From Promethearchaeota archaeon (GTDB taxonomy: Archaea; Asgardarchaeota; Lokiarchaeia; Sigyniarchaeales; SOKP01), in the NCBI GenBank assembly GCA_004375715.1, contig SOKP01000068.1, positions 1 through 48,629 of the forward strand: DNA of 48,629 bases, written 5' to 3'. Shown in pieces: positions 47,213-48,629 of this stretch (the first letter of the stretch is position 1; every line of letters starts with the position of its first letter). The notes under the pieces were generated by a model, which worked only from the letters and a program-made list of their open reading frames with translations, was not told the DNA's origin and ran no database searches. The translations under genes and the position numbers were made by a program.

Positions 47213-48292
47213 TTAATTCTTAATCATTTCTGAGAATGCTTCAATTCTCGTTCTAATCTGATTTACATCTCCTAACCCACCATCGCTTTCGATGAATAAA
47301 ACCGGTAATCCATTTTCTACTAAAATTTCCTTCAAAGCAGGAACATCGTACAAATATGTATCACAAAATTTTAAAGAATGGTGAATAACTCCGTCGACAT
47401 TGAATTTTTTTGAATTGCTTATGATTTGTTTTGCCCGTTCTTCTATTTGCATCATTCGAGCGCATGGGGTTCTTGTTAAGTAAGCTTCGCTTAATGAAGA
47501 TATTAAGTTATTAGAATCTTTAATATTAAAATCGAAAAATTTACTCCCAGTACAAAGATCTTCATAGACAAGATTCAATCCAATCTCTTCTATAAATTTG
47601 ATGAATTCTATTTCGTGAAGAGGACTTCCAGATAAAAGGATTCGAGGGTTTTTGTTTTGTTCTGCTTTTGTAGGTTCCGATTTTATCTCTTTTATGAGCT
47701 GTTTAGTTTTTTCATTCCAAGCTTCTGGCTCGACTTTAAAGAAATCCGATGTGATTTCCATTAAACTACCTGCTGTTATCAAGGGAGGATCTTCCATTCT
47801 TAAAGAGTTCAACTGGTTGTACAATAACCGTGAATTATTATAAATGTCAATTGCGTTTTTAATATCCTCCTCTTTAATTGTGGAAGATGTATATTTTTCG
47901 AGTGCGTTTTTAAGCTTCAGAAACTCATTTTCGAAATACTTTGACCCTAAAGATAAATTACCCATAGGAATATCTAATATGTGAATAAACTTCGTCGGAA
48001 CGTACCTTTTCCATACATCGTGGAGCCGTCTCATTGCGTCACAAGAGTTTACGAAAATAACTCCATCGAGAAAATCATATCCGCCTTCTATTGCCACATC
48101 AACTGTAGACTTTATAAATTGACAGAAATTAGGGTGAATATAAGAATCTGCGTTTTGTGGTGGATTTGAATGGCCTATTATTCGGTATGGAAGAAAACCT
48201 GCAGCATAGATGAGTTCTATTGGTGTGTAACTACATAACCATCCAATACACTTCTTAGCGATAGTAATTGTATCCTCAATCTCCTTGTATCC
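47213..48292 (-). CDS. 2-hydroxyacyl-CoA dehydratase-family subunit (partner of 45979..47208); true start is upstream of the track's GTG and is uncertain
   Basis: The frame stays open from 48097 up to 48292 (in-frame TAG at 48293-95). It encodes GYKEIEDTITIAKKCIGWLCSYTPIELIYAAGFLPYRIIG, the conserved N-terminal G(W/F)xCxYxPxELIxAAG motif of this family. There is no ATG/GTG/TTG in that extension. It ends 4 nt upstream of the partner gene. Confidence 0.65.
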   Translation of the reverse strand, partial: GYKEIEDTITIAKKCIGWLCSYTPIELIYAAGFLPYRIIGHSNPPQNADSYIHPNFCQFIKSTVDVAIEGGYDFLDGVIFVNSCDAMRRLHDVWKRYVPTKFIHILDIPMGNLSLGSKYFENEFLKLKNALEKYTSSTIKEEDIKNAIDIYNNSRLLYNQLNSLRMEDPPLITAGSLMEITSDFFKVEPEAWNEKTKQLIKEIKSEPTKAEQNKNPRILLSGSPLHEIEFIKFIEEIGLNLVYEDLCTGSKFFDFNIKDSNNLISSLSEAYLTRTPCARMMQIEERAKQIISNSKKFNVDGVIHHSLKFCDTYLYDVPALKEILVENGLPVLFIESDGGLGDVNQIRTRIEAFSEMIKN

Positions 48293-48629
48293 CTATTAGA
48301 GAAAATAAGGCTAATATTTTATTAAATGATGCTGAAATTTTAAAGTTTCATTTGATTTTTAGATTTTAGGGCAATGTATTTATTAAAATATTGAAAATCT
48401 TTTGACTTTCCAATTTCTTTTTTCGTTATTACTTACTGAAAATTAAACCAATAGTAAAAAATAAATTCGAAAATTTTTATTAGTTTTATACTATTAAAAA
48501 GAAGTTTGGGGTTTTTTTAGTTGACTAATGTGGAAAACAAGACAGCTTACCCGTATATAACAGAATTTAAAAAAGAGCCTTTTAAATCTTTTGTTTTAAC
48601 AAAGAGAAAGGATATCGGTAATTTCTACT

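Noticed and set aside
16375-47843. Remaining short track ORFs nested in larger genes (16375..16584, 16683..16871, 19095..19304, 22060..22335, 22387..22728, 23352..23537, 23541..23912, 24705..24923, 26328..26534, 28290..28622, 28680..28949, 30766..31218, 33286..33486, 36177..36368, 37338..37526, 38400..38666, 40054..40263, 40125..40340, 41675..41938, 43314..43529, 44307..44489, 44683..44886, 46202..46507, 47652..47843)
   Set aside because: Each lies wholly within a longer, motif-supported or paralog-supported ORF on the opposite strand or in another frame. None shows a recognisable domain.
47981-48169. 62-aa plus-strand ORF over the 5' part of the dehydratase gene
   Set aside because: It is antisense to the region encoding the conserved GWLCSYTPIELIYAAG...VNSCDAMRR segment of the minus-strand gene.
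48521-48629. Open frame from TTG 48521 (or GTG 48530) to the window end, encoding LTNVENKTAYPYITEFKKEPFKSFVLTKRKDIGNFY
   Set aside because: Only 36 codons, no recognisable motif and no clear SD. It may be the 5' end of a real gene, but that cannot be supported from this fragment.

Overview
48.6 kb, AT-rich (about 30% GC by eye), densely coding and apparently archaeal. Support for archaeal origin: a formylmethanofuran:H4MPT formyltransferase, an ADP-forming acyl-CoA synthetase alpha domain, an IPCT-type cytidylyltransferase, a DhnA-type aldolase, and a tRNA-His with a genome-encoded G-1 and several introns. An Asgard/Lokiarchaeia-like source is plausible but is only an inference. I support about 45 protein-coding genes and one tRNA. 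I saw no rRNA, CRISPR array, transposase or integrase. Layout: (i) 0-13 kb holds housekeeping and redox genes (M28 peptidase, MBL-fold proteins, ferredoxin, aldolase, Zn-ADH, DtxR, PhnN-like kinase, L-serine dehydratase). (ii) 13.1 kb holds the tRNA-His, interrupted by three short introns. (iii) 14.9-20.2 kb is an inositol-centred cluster (GT4, divergent RtcB-like, IPCT, degenerate ORF, inositol-3-phosphate synthase). (iv) 20.4-27 kb holds Hsp20, a large P-loop ATPase, a longin-like/TPR-like protein, ftr, a transglutaminase-like protein and a methyltransferase. (v) 27-37 kb is a duplication hotspot with paralogous Trp-rich small membrane proteins, a polytopic scaffold fused to different C-terminal modules, tandem FAD oxidases and a CCG Fe-S gene split by a 56-nt insert. 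(vi) 38-48.3 kb is a hydroxyacid/acyl-CoA island (AMP-ligase, ACD-alpha, FAD oxidase plus CCG Fe-S protein, two 2-hydroxyacyl-CoA dehydratase-family subunits). Most noteworthy: the triple-intron tRNA-His; the 56-nt sequence whose exact removal restores frame and a CxxCxxC motif; a roughly 0.58-kb direct repeat with an almost identical 3' core of about 400 bp next to a divergent loop-coding 5' part, where a single A4/A5 run difference turns a stand-alone gene into a C-terminal fusion; the modular membrane-protein family; and an IPCT/MIPS cluster with no recognisable DIPP synthase but with a divergent RtcB-like protein. All product calls come from motif recognition by eye. No database search was run.
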